A DNA stretch of 64,000 nt from an uncultured Dehalococcoidia bacterium (lineage in GTDB: Bacteria > Chloroflexota > Dehalococcoidia > Lucifugimonadales > Australimonadaceae): the NCBI GenBank assembly GCA_937901475.1, contig CALGTL010000162.1, forward strand, positions 441-64,440, given 5' to 3'. Position numbers and translations under genes: made by a program. Shown here piece after piece: positions 56,602-64,000 of the stretch (positions are counted from its first letter, which is position 1; each line of letters starts with the position of its first letter). The notes beneath the pieces are model-generated. The model made no database searches. It worked only from the letters and a program-made list of their open reading frames with translations, and was not told the origin of the DNA.

Positions 56602-57402
56602 ATGGACTTCGGACTATCCACCAAAGTAGCGCTCGTCACGGGCGGCAGCCGCGGCATCGGCTACGCGATTGCAACAGCACTCGCATCCGAAGGGGCCAGT
56701 GTCGCGATTTGCGGGCGTGATGCCGTCACCGCCAAGGCAGCCGCAGCCGAAATTGCCAAGGCCACTGGCTCCAAAGTCATCGGTCTCCGGGCTGATATGG
56801 GCCACGCCGGCGACATCGCAGCGCTCATCAAAGACATCGTCAGCCATCTGGGCGGCCTCGACGTGCTCGTGAACAATGCTGCCACCATCGGCGGTACTGG
56901 CGGTGTCGATACCCTCGCCCAGCTCAATGAGCCTCTCCTCAACGCAGATTTCCAGGTTAAGATGCTTGGCTACCTCCGCTGCGCCAAAGAAGCGTACCCT
57001 CACATGGAAGCCAAAGGCTGGGGCCGCATCGTCAACATCGATGGCCTCGCCACCCGCCAAGCAGCCGGCGTTAGCGGCGGCATGCGCAACGCTGCAGTGA
57101 TGAACGCTACCAAGGTCCTCTCAGAGGAGCTTGGCCCCAAAGGCATCACCGTAAACGCTGTCCACCCTGGTGCCACTAAGACAGAGGCTCTCGCCCCACG
57201 CTTAGCAGGGCAGATGGAACGCACTGGTAAAACGCTGGAAGAGGTTGAGGCCGATATGGCCGCAGGGCTCGCCATCCGGCGCCTAGTCACCGCACCAGAC
57301 ATAGCCAATGTCGTAACCTTCCTCTGCTCTGAGCAAGCAGGCGCCGTCACAGGTGAAAGCATTTCAGCCGCAGGTGGCGGCAACAAGGCAGTCTTCTACT
57401 AG
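56602..57402 (+). CDS. Short-chain dehydrogenase/reductase-fold protein (atypical active site)
   Basis: Rossmann motif ALVTGGSRGIGYAIA and NNAA. The classical YxxxK region is not recognisable (see findings). Confidence 0.85.
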   Translation: MDFGLSTKVALVTGGSRGIGYAIATALASEGASVAICGRDAVTAKAAAAEIAKATGSKVIGLRADMGHAGDIAALIKDIVSHLGGLDVLVNNAATIGGTGGVDTLAQLNEPLLNADFQVKMLGYLRCAKEAYPHMEAKGWGRIVNIDGLATRQAAGVSGGMRNAAVMNATKVLSEELGPKGITVNAVHPGATKTEALAPRLAGQMERTGKTLEEVEADMAAGLAIRRLVTAPDIANVVTFLCSEQAGAVTGESISAAGGGNKAVFY

Positions 57403-57415
57403 GGGTATCACGACC

Positions 57416-58507
57416 ATGACAGAATTAAGAGTGATCGATGCCGACACACATGTAGACGAGTCCGAGGCCACTTGGGAGTACATTGACAGCGTCGCCATCA
57501 AACATGCGCCTATCAACGTCACTCGCAATACAGATGCCTCCACCAACGCAGGCCCCGACGGCACCCGTTGGTGGCTCGTTGGCACCCGTGCTCAGCCACG
57601 GGTAGTGCGCGACGATGCGCACTACCCGTCACGCGGGAGGCGCGAGTTGGATGACATTCCTGGGCGCCTCGCTGATATGGATCGCATGGGCGTCGACGTC
57701 CAAGTCATCTTCCCCACCTTCTTCATCCGTTACGGCACAAACAACCCGGTCGCGGAACAGGCGCTCACCCGCGCCTACAATCGCTGGATAGCGGCGCGGT
57801 GCGCCGAGAGCAATGGACGCCTCCGCTGGGCCGCCGTCCTACCCCTCTTAGACCCCGACATGGCCGTCGAAGAGTTGAGATGGGCCAAGCTGAATGGCGC
57901 GGCCGCCGTCTTTAAGCGCGGCTTCGACCTTGAGAAATCCTCTAGCGACCCCCACTTCTTCCCGGTCTACCAAGAAGCCAATGACCTTGACATCCCGATC
58001 TGCATCCACACTGGGCATCCTCTCCCCGGAAGGGAATGGGATCGCAGTTTCCCCGTAATAGCAGCCTTCAATTCCATTGTCATGGACGGACTGCCGGATA
58101 AGTTCCCGAAGTTGCGCTTCGGGTTTGTCGAAGCCGGTGCGGCCTGGATTCCGTACAGCCTCACCCAAATGTCCACCCATATCCGAGCTAAGACTCTCCA
58201 TGAGCGCACGCAGACCTTCGAGCTCACCAAAGATTTACTGCGTGAAAACCGTTTGTTCATCACTGTAGATCCTTTGGACGATATCGAATACCTGCTCAAA
58301 TTCGGCGCCGAGAACAACCTGATGGTCGGCACTGATTACACGCACGGCGACCCCTCGGCCAATCTCGCCGCCCTTGACGAGGTCCGCGCATGGGTTGGTG
58401 ACGGCAAGGTCAGCGAGGACGTAGCCCGCAAGGTCCTAGGCACTAACGCTCGCTCTTTCTATGGGCTCGAAACTAACGGGTCCCAAAACATTCACCCTAC
58501 AAGCTAA
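57416..58507 (+). CDS. Amidohydrolase-2 (ACMSD/LigI-like TIM-barrel hydrolase/decarboxylase) family protein
   Basis: I use ATG 57416 (MTELRVIDADTHVDESEATWEY). FPTFF, CIHTGH and GTDYTHGD are patterns typical of the family. It starts 13 nt after the SDR stop. Confidence 0.8.
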   Translation: MTELRVIDADTHVDESEATWEYIDSVAIKHAPINVTRNTDASTNAGPDGTRWWLVGTRAQPRVVRDDAHYPSRGRRELDDIPGRLADMDRMGVDVQVIFPTFFIRYGTNNPVAEQALTRAYNRWIAARCAESNGRLRWAAVLPLLDPDMAVEELRWAKLNGAAAVFKRGFDLEKSSSDPHFFPVYQEANDLDIPICIHTGHPLPGREWDRSFPVIAAFNSIVMDGLPDKFPKLRFGFVEAGAAWIPYSLTQMSTHIRAKTLHERTQTFELTKDLLRENRLFITVDPLDDIEYLLKFGAENNLMVGTDYTHGDPSANLAALDEVRAWVGDGKVSEDVARKVLGTNARSFYGLETNGSQNIHPTS

Positions 58508-58582
58508 GCGCTCGCAGGCGACCAACCGAACCGCTAGAATGCGCTCACCCCCGCTCGGGGCATCACCTCAGGAGAACCGCGC

Positions 58583-59161
58583 ATGGTCCTCAGTGACCGC
58601 ACCATTAAAGAAGAGATGGCCAAAGGCCGCATAATCATTCGGCCACTAGGCGAAGGCTGTGTCCAGCCGGCTAGCGTCGATCTCCATTTGGATCGGAATA
58701 TCCTGATCTTCCGCAACAACCGCGTCCCCTACATCGATGTCCGTAAAACCAACGACCGCCTCACCGATATGGTCAGCATGGCCGATGACGATCCTTTTAT
58801 GCTCCACCCTGGTGAATTCGTCCTCGGCAGTACGCTTGAACACGTCGAAGTCCCCGACGACCTCGTCGCTCGCCTCGAAGGCAAAAGCTCTCTCGGGCGC
58901 ATCGGGCTCCTCATCCATTCAACTGCTGGCTACGTAGACCCCGGTTGGAAGGGGCACCTGACATTGGAATTAAGCAACGTCTCTTCACTCCCTATAACCC
59001 TCTATCATCGGATGAAGATTGGCCAGATTTCTTACCTGCGGCTCACCACGCCGGCAGAGCACCTATACGGCTCTGCTGAGCTCGGCAGCAAGTACCAGAA
59101 CCAACAGGACCCCACTGCCAGCAAAGTCCATCTCGACTTTAATCCCGAAGCGAACCGTTAG
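58583..59161 (+). CDS. dcd: dCTP deaminase
   Basis: MVLSDRTIKEEMAKGRIIIRP...QPASVDLHLD, and GRIGLLIHSTAGYVDPGWKGHLTLEL. AGGAGA Shine-Dalgarno sequence. Confidence 0.92.
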   Translation: MVLSDRTIKEEMAKGRIIIRPLGEGCVQPASVDLHLDRNILIFRNNRVPYIDVRKTNDRLTDMVSMADDDPFMLHPGEFVLGSTLEHVEVPDDLVARLEGKSSLGRIGLLIHSTAGYVDPGWKGHLTLELSNVSSLPITLYHRMKIGQISYLRLTTPAEHLYGSAELGSKYQNQQDPTASKVHLDFNPEANR

Positions 59162-59179
59162 GCTCTCGAGGTTGACGGT

Positions 59180-60307
59180 ATGGCGCACTCTCAACGGACT
59201 CTCAACCAAGACCCTATGACGCAGGCGATTACCCTGGCACGCCAAGCCATTGGAATCGCCAGCCCCAACCCGCCTGTAGGCGCGGTCATCGTCAAAGACG
59301 GCCAAGTTATCGGAGAAGGCCATACTCAGCCTCATGGCCAGGCCCATGCCGAGGTCATCGCCCTCGCCCAAGCAGGCGAAAACGCCCGTGGCGCGGAAAT
59401 GTACGTCACCCTAGAGCCCTGCGCTCACCAAGGACTCACTCCCCCCTGCACTAAAGCCATCATCGCTGCAGGCATAAGGCGCGTACACGTCGCCACCCTT
59501 GATCCCAACCCCCGCACGAATGGTCGTGGGATTAACGAACTCGAAGCAAATAACATCAGCGTCGTTCTCCGTGAAGGCAGCCCCGAAGGCCTCGCCCTCA
59601 TAGAGGCCTTCGCCAAGCACGTCACTACCGGCATACCCTTTGTGATTGCGAAGTTCGCGATGAGCCTTGATGGCAAGATTGCCACGCGCTCAGGCGACTC
59701 CAAATGGGTATCTAGCGTCGCCTCTCGCAAACAAGCGCACGTGCTCCGCGCCGGCGTCGACGCAGTAATGGTTGGCATTGGCACGGTTTTAGCTGACGAC
59801 CCTCAACTCACCATCCGCGACATCCCTCACGCCAGGTCACAACCCATCCGTGTTGTGATTGACTCCAGCGGCCGTCTACCAATGACTTCCGCGATGCTCG
59901 CCCTTGAAGGGACCACTATTGTTGCCACGGCCAACATCGATGTCGACCGGCGCAGCGCTCTTGAATCAGTAGGTGCAGAGGTCATCGATACGGGCCCCGG
60001 CGGCGAGGTTAATCTCGCTCAACTGCTCCTAGCACTAGGCGAGCGTCAGATTACATCAATCCTTGTTGAAGGTGGCTCGCAGCTGCATGGCTCTCTCTTC
60101 GATCTTGGTTTGGTCGACAAGGTCGTCGGCATCGTCGCGCCGGTCATCATCGGAGGAATCGAAGCGCCGGGCCCTATCGGTGGCAGTGGCGCTCACACCA
60201 TCCCAGACGCCATTCGCCTAACCCAGGTAACCTACGCACAGGTAGGCGAAGACATGATCGTAACCGGCTACCCGACCAAATGGCAGGCAAATCACCCACG
60301 GGAGTAA
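59180..60307 (+). CDS. ribD: Bifunctional riboflavin biosynthesis protein RibD (deaminase/reductase)
   Basis: Deaminase motifs HAEVIAL and TLEPCAHQGLTPPC. Reductase domain FVIAKFAMSLDGKIA. An alternative ATG at 59216 gives a more typical N-terminus. Confidence 0.92.
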   Translation: MAHSQRTLNQDPMTQAITLARQAIGIASPNPPVGAVIVKDGQVIGEGHTQPHGQAHAEVIALAQAGENARGAEMYVTLEPCAHQGLTPPCTKAIIAAGIRRVHVATLDPNPRTNGRGINELEANNISVVLREGSPEGLALIEAFAKHVTTGIPFVIAKFAMSLDGKIATRSGDSKWVSSVASRKQAHVLRAGVDAVMVGIGTVLADDPQLTIRDIPHARSQPIRVVIDSSGRLPMTSAMLALEGTTIVATANIDVDRRSALESVGAEVIDTGPGGEVNLAQLLLALGERQITSILVEGGSQLHGSLFDLGLVDKVVGIVAPVIIGGIEAPGPIGGSGAHTIPDAIRLTQVTYAQVGEDMIVTGYPTKWQANHPRE

Positions 60308-60311
60308 TCGA

Positions 60312-60890
60312 GTGTTTACCGGAATCGTCGAAGAGATGGGTAGCATCGTTGAGATATCTAGCCATCGCCTAGTCGTCCGTGCCAAGAGCACACTAGAAGG
60401 AGTCTCTCTCGGTGACTCCATTGCCGTCAACGGAGCATGCCTCACCGTCGTCGAGTTCACCAGCAACTCGTTTGCGATGGATCTTTCCCAAGAGACGCTT
60501 GACCGCACAGCCTTGGGCAGTTTAACAGTCAACAGCCCGGTTGACCTCGAACGTGCCCTCACCCCTTCTTCGCGTATGGGAGGCCATTTCGTCCAAGGCC
60601 ACGTGGACGGTGTCGGCACAGTCACGGCCATCAGTGGCAGACCAGAAGCACGGTCAATGTCGGTCAAGGCGCCCCCTGACGTTGACCGTTACATCGTTGA
60701 GAAGGGGTTCATCACCGTCGAGGGCGTCAGTCTTACAGTCACAGGCGTCGTTCATTCAACGTTTTCCATCACCGTGATACCGTATACCTGGGAGCATACG
60801 GTGCTCCATTCCAAAGCCATCGGCGACGCGGTCAACCTAGAGGTCGATATCGTCGCGAAGTATGTGGAGCGCCTGCTCCCAGAGAGGTAA
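60312..60890 (+). CDS. ribE: Riboflavin synthase
   Basis: [10 protein letters not shown]..., and a duplicated barrel ([13 protein letters not shown] and [12 protein letters not shown]). GTG start. Confidence 0.92.
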   Translation: MFTGIVEEMGSIVEISSHRLVVRAKSTLEGVSLGDSIAVNGACLTVVEFTSNSFAMDLSQETLDRTALGSLTVNSPVDLERALTPSSRMGGHFVQGHVDGVGTVTAISGRPEARSMSVKAPPDVDRYIVEKGFITVEGVSLTVTGVVHSTFSITVIPYTWEHTVLHSKAIGDAVNLEVDIVAKYVERLLPER

Positions 60891-60896
60891 GGTCCA

Positions 60897-62102
60897 GTGC
60901 TAGCGTCCGTGGAACAAGCCGTCGAGGACATAAAGAACGGCAAGATTGTCATCGTTGTCGATGATGAAGACCGCGAGAACGAAGGCGACTTCGTGATGGC
61001 AGCTGAGTTCATAACGCCTGTGGCCATCAATTTCATGGCCACCTACGGACGAGGTCTTATCTGCGTACCCATGCGAGCGGACAGGCTCGAACAACTTGGC
61101 CTTGACCTCATGGTCGGACGCAACACTGCTCGCCATGAAACCGCTTTCACTGTCTCAGTTGACATCGCTAACGGTGGCACGGGTATCTCAGTAGCCGACC
61201 GTGCAGCAACAGCGCTAGCTCTCGTGTCTCCCAACACTCACGCTGAAGACCTAGCTCGCCCGGGTCACATGTTCCCCTTACGCGCGGCAGACGGCGGAGT
61301 ACTCGTCCGCGCCGGACAAACTGAAGCCTCGGTTGATCTCGCCCGCATTGCAGGCCTCACCGAAGCAGGTGTCATCTGCGAGATTATGAACGAAGATGGC
61401 ACGATGGCACGCCTACCCGACCTTGAAGTCGTCGCTGAAGAACACGGCCTCAATATCGTCAGCGTAGCCCAAATCATCACCTACCGCCTAGAACACGAAT
61501 GCCTCGTGGAACGAGTAGCAGAGGCGCGCCTCCCAACTGCCCTTGGTGACGCCCTTGTCGTTTCGTTCCAATCCTCGGTCGACGCCACGGAGCACGTCGC
61601 TCTCGTCTTTGGCGATGTTAAGACCGATGAACCGGTGCTCATCCGCGTGCACAGCGAATGCCTGACGGGCGATGTCTTCGGAAGTCTCCGGTGTGACTGC
61701 GGAGTACAGCGCGACATGGCCATCAAGGCAATCGCTGAAGAAGGCCGAGGAGTCTTCCTTTACATGCGCCAAGAAGGGCGTGGTATTGGCCTGCATAACA
61801 AAATCCGCGCCTACGCTCTCCAGGACAGCGGCGCCGATACCGTTGAAGCGAACGCCCAACTTGGATTTGCGCCCGACCTACGGCATTACGGAATCGGTGC
61901 TCAAATATTGGTCGATCTCGGCGTGAAAAATATGCGCCTCCTAACCAACAACCCTAAGAAGGTCGTCGGTCTGGAAAGCTACGGGCTTCACCTTACCGAG
62001 CGCGTCCCTCTGATTGTGGAAAGCAATCCCGAGAACCTCCATTACCTAGAAACCAAGCGCGATAAGATGGGGCATCTGTTCGACACTAAGTCCGCCGGCT
62101 AA
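60897..62102 (+). CDS. ribBA: Bifunctional 3,4-dihydroxy-2-butanone-4-phosphate synthase / GTP cyclohydrolase II
   Basis: [12 protein letters not shown] (DHBP synthase), and [19 protein letters not shown]...EGRGIGL (GTP cyclohydrolase II). GTG start. Confidence 0.93.
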   Translation: MLASVEQAVEDIKNGKIVIVVDDEDRENEGDFVMAAEFITPVAINFMATYGRGLICVPMRADRLEQLGLDLMVGRNTARHETAFTVSVDIANGGTGISVADRAATALALVSPNTHAEDLARPGHMFPLRAADGGVLVRAGQTEASVDLARIAGLTEAGVICEIMNEDGTMARLPDLEVVAEEHGLNIVSVAQIITYRLEHECLVERVAEARLPTALGDALVVSFQSSVDATEHVALVFGDVKTDEPVLIRVHSECLTGDVFGSLRCDCGVQRDMAIKAIAEEGRGVFLYMRQEGRGIGLHNKIRAYALQDSGADTVEANAQLGFAPDLRHYGIGAQILVDLGVKNMRLLTNNPKKVVGLESYGLHLTERVPLIVESNPENLHYLETKRDKMGHLFDTKSAG

Positions 62103-62393
62103 TCAAAGGATTCAGACAATCGGCCGTTGAGCCTCTTCCTGCAGGTACGATTGACTCATACTTCTGACTGTTTCGTCCCGGCGCATCGAATTACAATCGA
62201 CATGAACTCCTGCTGATTTACCCAGTGGTGTATAGCGAGAAGTGAATCTTGCCATTCGGGACATTCCGGCCGTGACTATCGCTCCAGCGGACGCAACCGC
62301 TCCAGCAGTCAAGGTACCTCCAGGAATTCCGGACGCCGGAAGAATAAATAATTTCGCCTAGGCGCTCACGGCTAGGCCAGCTAGAATGAATGT

Positions 62394-62900
62394 ATGGCAC
62401 GCGAGCTTTCAGGAAATGTCGATGGTACGGGCCTGAGGGTTGGTATCCTCGTAGCCCAGTTCAATGAAGCTATCACCTCTCGCCTCCTTGGGGGCGCACG
62501 TGATGCACTGACCCGCCACGGTGTCCGCGAGGACGACATTACTATCGTCTCCGTACCAGGCGCACTAGAATTGCCCCAAGCTGCTCAACGGATGGCTCGC
62601 ACCGGGGAATGGGATGCTTTGGTCACGCTAGGTTGCGTCACCAAAGGCGAAACCGCCCACTTCTCATACGTTTCCGGTGAGTCTGCTCGTGGCATCGCGG
62701 ACATCGCACGAGCATTCGATATACCCGTGATGTTCGGAGTGCTCACCACCTACGACACTGAACAAGCGATGGCCCGTTCAGGTGGCGCGTTAGGCAATCG
62801 CGGTTTCGACTGCGCTCTAGCCGCTATCAAGATGGCCACTCTTTATCATCAGATCGACCACGATACCAACAATGTGACCGGCAAAGAGTTGTCCAGATGA
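62394..62900 (+). CDS. ribH: 6,7-dimethyl-8-ribityllumazine synthase
   Basis: LRVGILVAQFNEAITSRLL, VPGALELP, and GCVTKGETAHFSYV. Confidence 0.92.
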   Translation: MARELSGNVDGTGLRVGILVAQFNEAITSRLLGGARDALTRHGVREDDITIVSVPGALELPQAAQRMARTGEWDALVTLGCVTKGETAHFSYVSGESARGIADIARAFDIPVMFGVLTTYDTEQAMARSGGALGNRGFDCALAAIKMATLYHQIDHDTNNVTGKELSR

Positions 62901-63355
62901 GCATTCAAGACCAACTAACTGATGACCTGAAAATCGCAATGAGAAGTGGTGATGACCTCAGTAGGGGCATTATCCGCATGATCAAAGCAGCGATTCAGAA
63001 CGCCACCATAGCCGCGAAGGGCAGTGAGCTTGACGAAGCGTCCGTGCACGCTGTTCTAGCCAAAATGGCGAAGGAGTATCGCGACTCCATCACGACCTAT
63101 CGAGAGGTGAAGCGTGAAGACCTTGCCCTCAAAGAGGAAACTGAGCTTGAGGTTCTCGCTCGCTACCTCCCCGAGCAAATGGGTGCTGACGAACTCCGTG
63201 CCATCGTCCAAGCAGTCATCGCTAAAGTCAGCGCAACCGGCCCTGGCGACAAAGGCAAGGTTATGGGCAGTCTTATGCCCCAAGTCAAAGGCAAAGCCGA
63301 CGGCGCCTTAGTCAACACCATCGTCACTGAGATTCTCGCGTCCTTCGCTTCCTAG
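62897..63355 (+). CDS. yqeY: GatB/YqeY domain-containing protein
   Basis: 152 aa, with LTDDLKIAMRSGD...LARYLPEQM...KGKVMGSLMPQVKGKADG typical of YqeY. ATGA overlap with ribH. Confidence 0.85.
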   Translation: MSIQDQLTDDLKIAMRSGDDLSRGIIRMIKAAIQNATIAAKGSELDEASVHAVLAKMAKEYRDSITTYREVKREDLALKEETELEVLARYLPEQMGADELRAIVQAVIAKVSATGPGDKGKVMGSLMPQVKGKADGALVNTIVTEILASFAS

Positions 63356-63388
63356 CCCGCCAAACATTGCCCAGAAAGAGCCACTCGC

Positions 63389-64000
63389 ATGCCCTCACGT
63401 TTCGCTATTGTTGTCTTCCCCGGCACCTGGAGCGATGTGGACTGGCATCACGCAATCACCAACGTCCTCGGAGTTGACGCAGAGTACGTCTTCCACAAGC
63501 AATCTACCCTCGCGGGGTTCGACGCAGTCATCCTCCCTGGCGGATTCTCATATGGCGACTACCTGAGACCAGGCGCCATCGCCCACTTATCGCCTGTCAT
63601 GCGCTCTGTCATCGACTTCGCCGCCGGTGGAGGACCGGTGATCGGGAGTTGTAATGGATTCCAAGTACTTTGCGAATCGGGACTCCTACCTGGTGCGCTC
63701 ATGCGCAATCGGAGCCTCCAATTCCGTTGTCACCCTCAAAACCTGCTGGTCGAGCGTGCAGCAACCCCCTTCACCTCGCTCTCCTCTGTTGGAGACATTC
63801 TTTCTATCCCTGTTTCCCACGGTGATGGCAACTACTATGTCGATCCTGAAGCCCTTGCCTTGATGGAATCCAAAGGCCAAATTGCCTTCCGGTATTGTGA
63901 CCCTTCAGGTGCAGTCACCGAGGACGCCAACCCCAACGGGTCGCTCAACAACATCGCTGGCATCACTAACGAAGCGGGCAACGTCCTAGGCCTTATGCCC
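63389..64000 (+). CDS. purQ: Phosphoribosylformylglycinamidine synthase subunit PurQ (glutaminase), 5' part running off the right edge of the window
   Basis: Absent from the ORF track because it has no stop. My translation from ATG 63389 is open to base 64000 (204 codons): MPSRFAIVVFPGTWSDVDW...LPGGFSYGDYLRPGAI...GSCNGFQVLCE...NPNGSLNNIAGI. Confidence 0.88.
   Translation, partial: MPSRFAIVVFPGTWSDVDWHHAITNVLGVDAEYVFHKQSTLAGFDAVILPGGFSYGDYLRPGAIAHLSPVMRSVIDFAAGGGPVIGSCNGFQVLCESGLLPGALMRNRSLQFRCHPQNLLVERAATPFTSLSSVGDILSIPVSHGDGNYYVDPEALALMESKGQIAFRYCDPSGAVTEDANPNGSLNNIAGITNEAGNVLGLMP

Noticed and set aside
62103-62393. A possible FMN (RFN) riboswitch in the ribBA-ribH spacer: GGGACAUUCCGGCCGUGACUAUCGCUCCAGCGG and CCAGGAAUUCCGGACGCCGGAAG.
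   Set aside because: The two RFN-like words occur in the wrong order relative to the consensus. The closing CUUC/GAAG helix and the AGCCCG block are not found on either strand.
1-64000. A window-wide look for CRISPR arrays, IS elements, integrases, prophage genes, toxin-antitoxin pairs and long direct or inverted repeats.
   Set aside because: I recognised none by eye. The only repeats seen are short hairpins and 8-9-nt direct repeats in intergenic regions. A computational repeat search (self dot-plot, CRISPR finder) would be needed to exclude short or degenerate arrays.

Overview
This 64-kb window reads as a core chromosomal region. It is gene-dense, moderately GC-rich, and dominated by housekeeping genes; I saw no transposases, integrases, CRISPR arrays or long repeats. 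All product calls rest on motif recognition in the supplied translations and on my own reading of the DNA. No database search was run.

Content in order:
- ftsK (partial at the left edge), RNase J, a family-4 UDG, and an acpP-nusB-fabD-rpmF-yceD cluster.
- A methylmalonyl-CoA mutase B12 domain, methylmalonyl-CoA epimerase and an acyl-CoA dehydrogenase.
- rsmI, metG, a polyprenyl synthase, lipA, radA, clpC and rpsA.
- A stand-alone 5S rRNA gene, then rplS, priA, def, secDF and nfo.
- Leucine dehydrogenase, a three-gene HerA-like ATPase module, a ThiE-like gene and ldhA.
- A phnDCEE-type ABC importer, and a Rieske oxygenase facing an NTF2/PNPOx fusion.
- A ten-gene nuo operon (nuoBCDHIJK-orf-LMN), a translin-like gene and a membrane pyrophosphatase.
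- An SDR plus amidohydrolase pair, dcd, ribD-ribE-ribBA-(gap)-ribH, yqeY and purQ (partial at the right edge).

The gene repertoire suggests a Chloroflexota-like aerobe: translin, RNase J, ClpC, Rieske/SDR/amidohydrolase enzymes, an unlinked 5S gene, and several start codons sitting just downstream of -10-like hexamers. This taxonomic guess is low-confidence inference only.

Best candidates for something not yet described:
1. A translationally coupled module of a P-loop-less HerA N-terminal paralog, a HerA/FtsK-type ATPase and a UPF0104 flippase-like membrane protein, with no NurA, Sir2 or DUF4297 partner.
2. A small DUF2007-like ORF inserted between nuoK and nuoL, in a nuo operon that lacks nuoA and nuoEFG.
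3. A 5S rRNA gene with its own promoter and terminator and no adjacent 23S.
4. A ThiE/TenI-like protein with substituted catalytic positions and an extra N-terminal domain.
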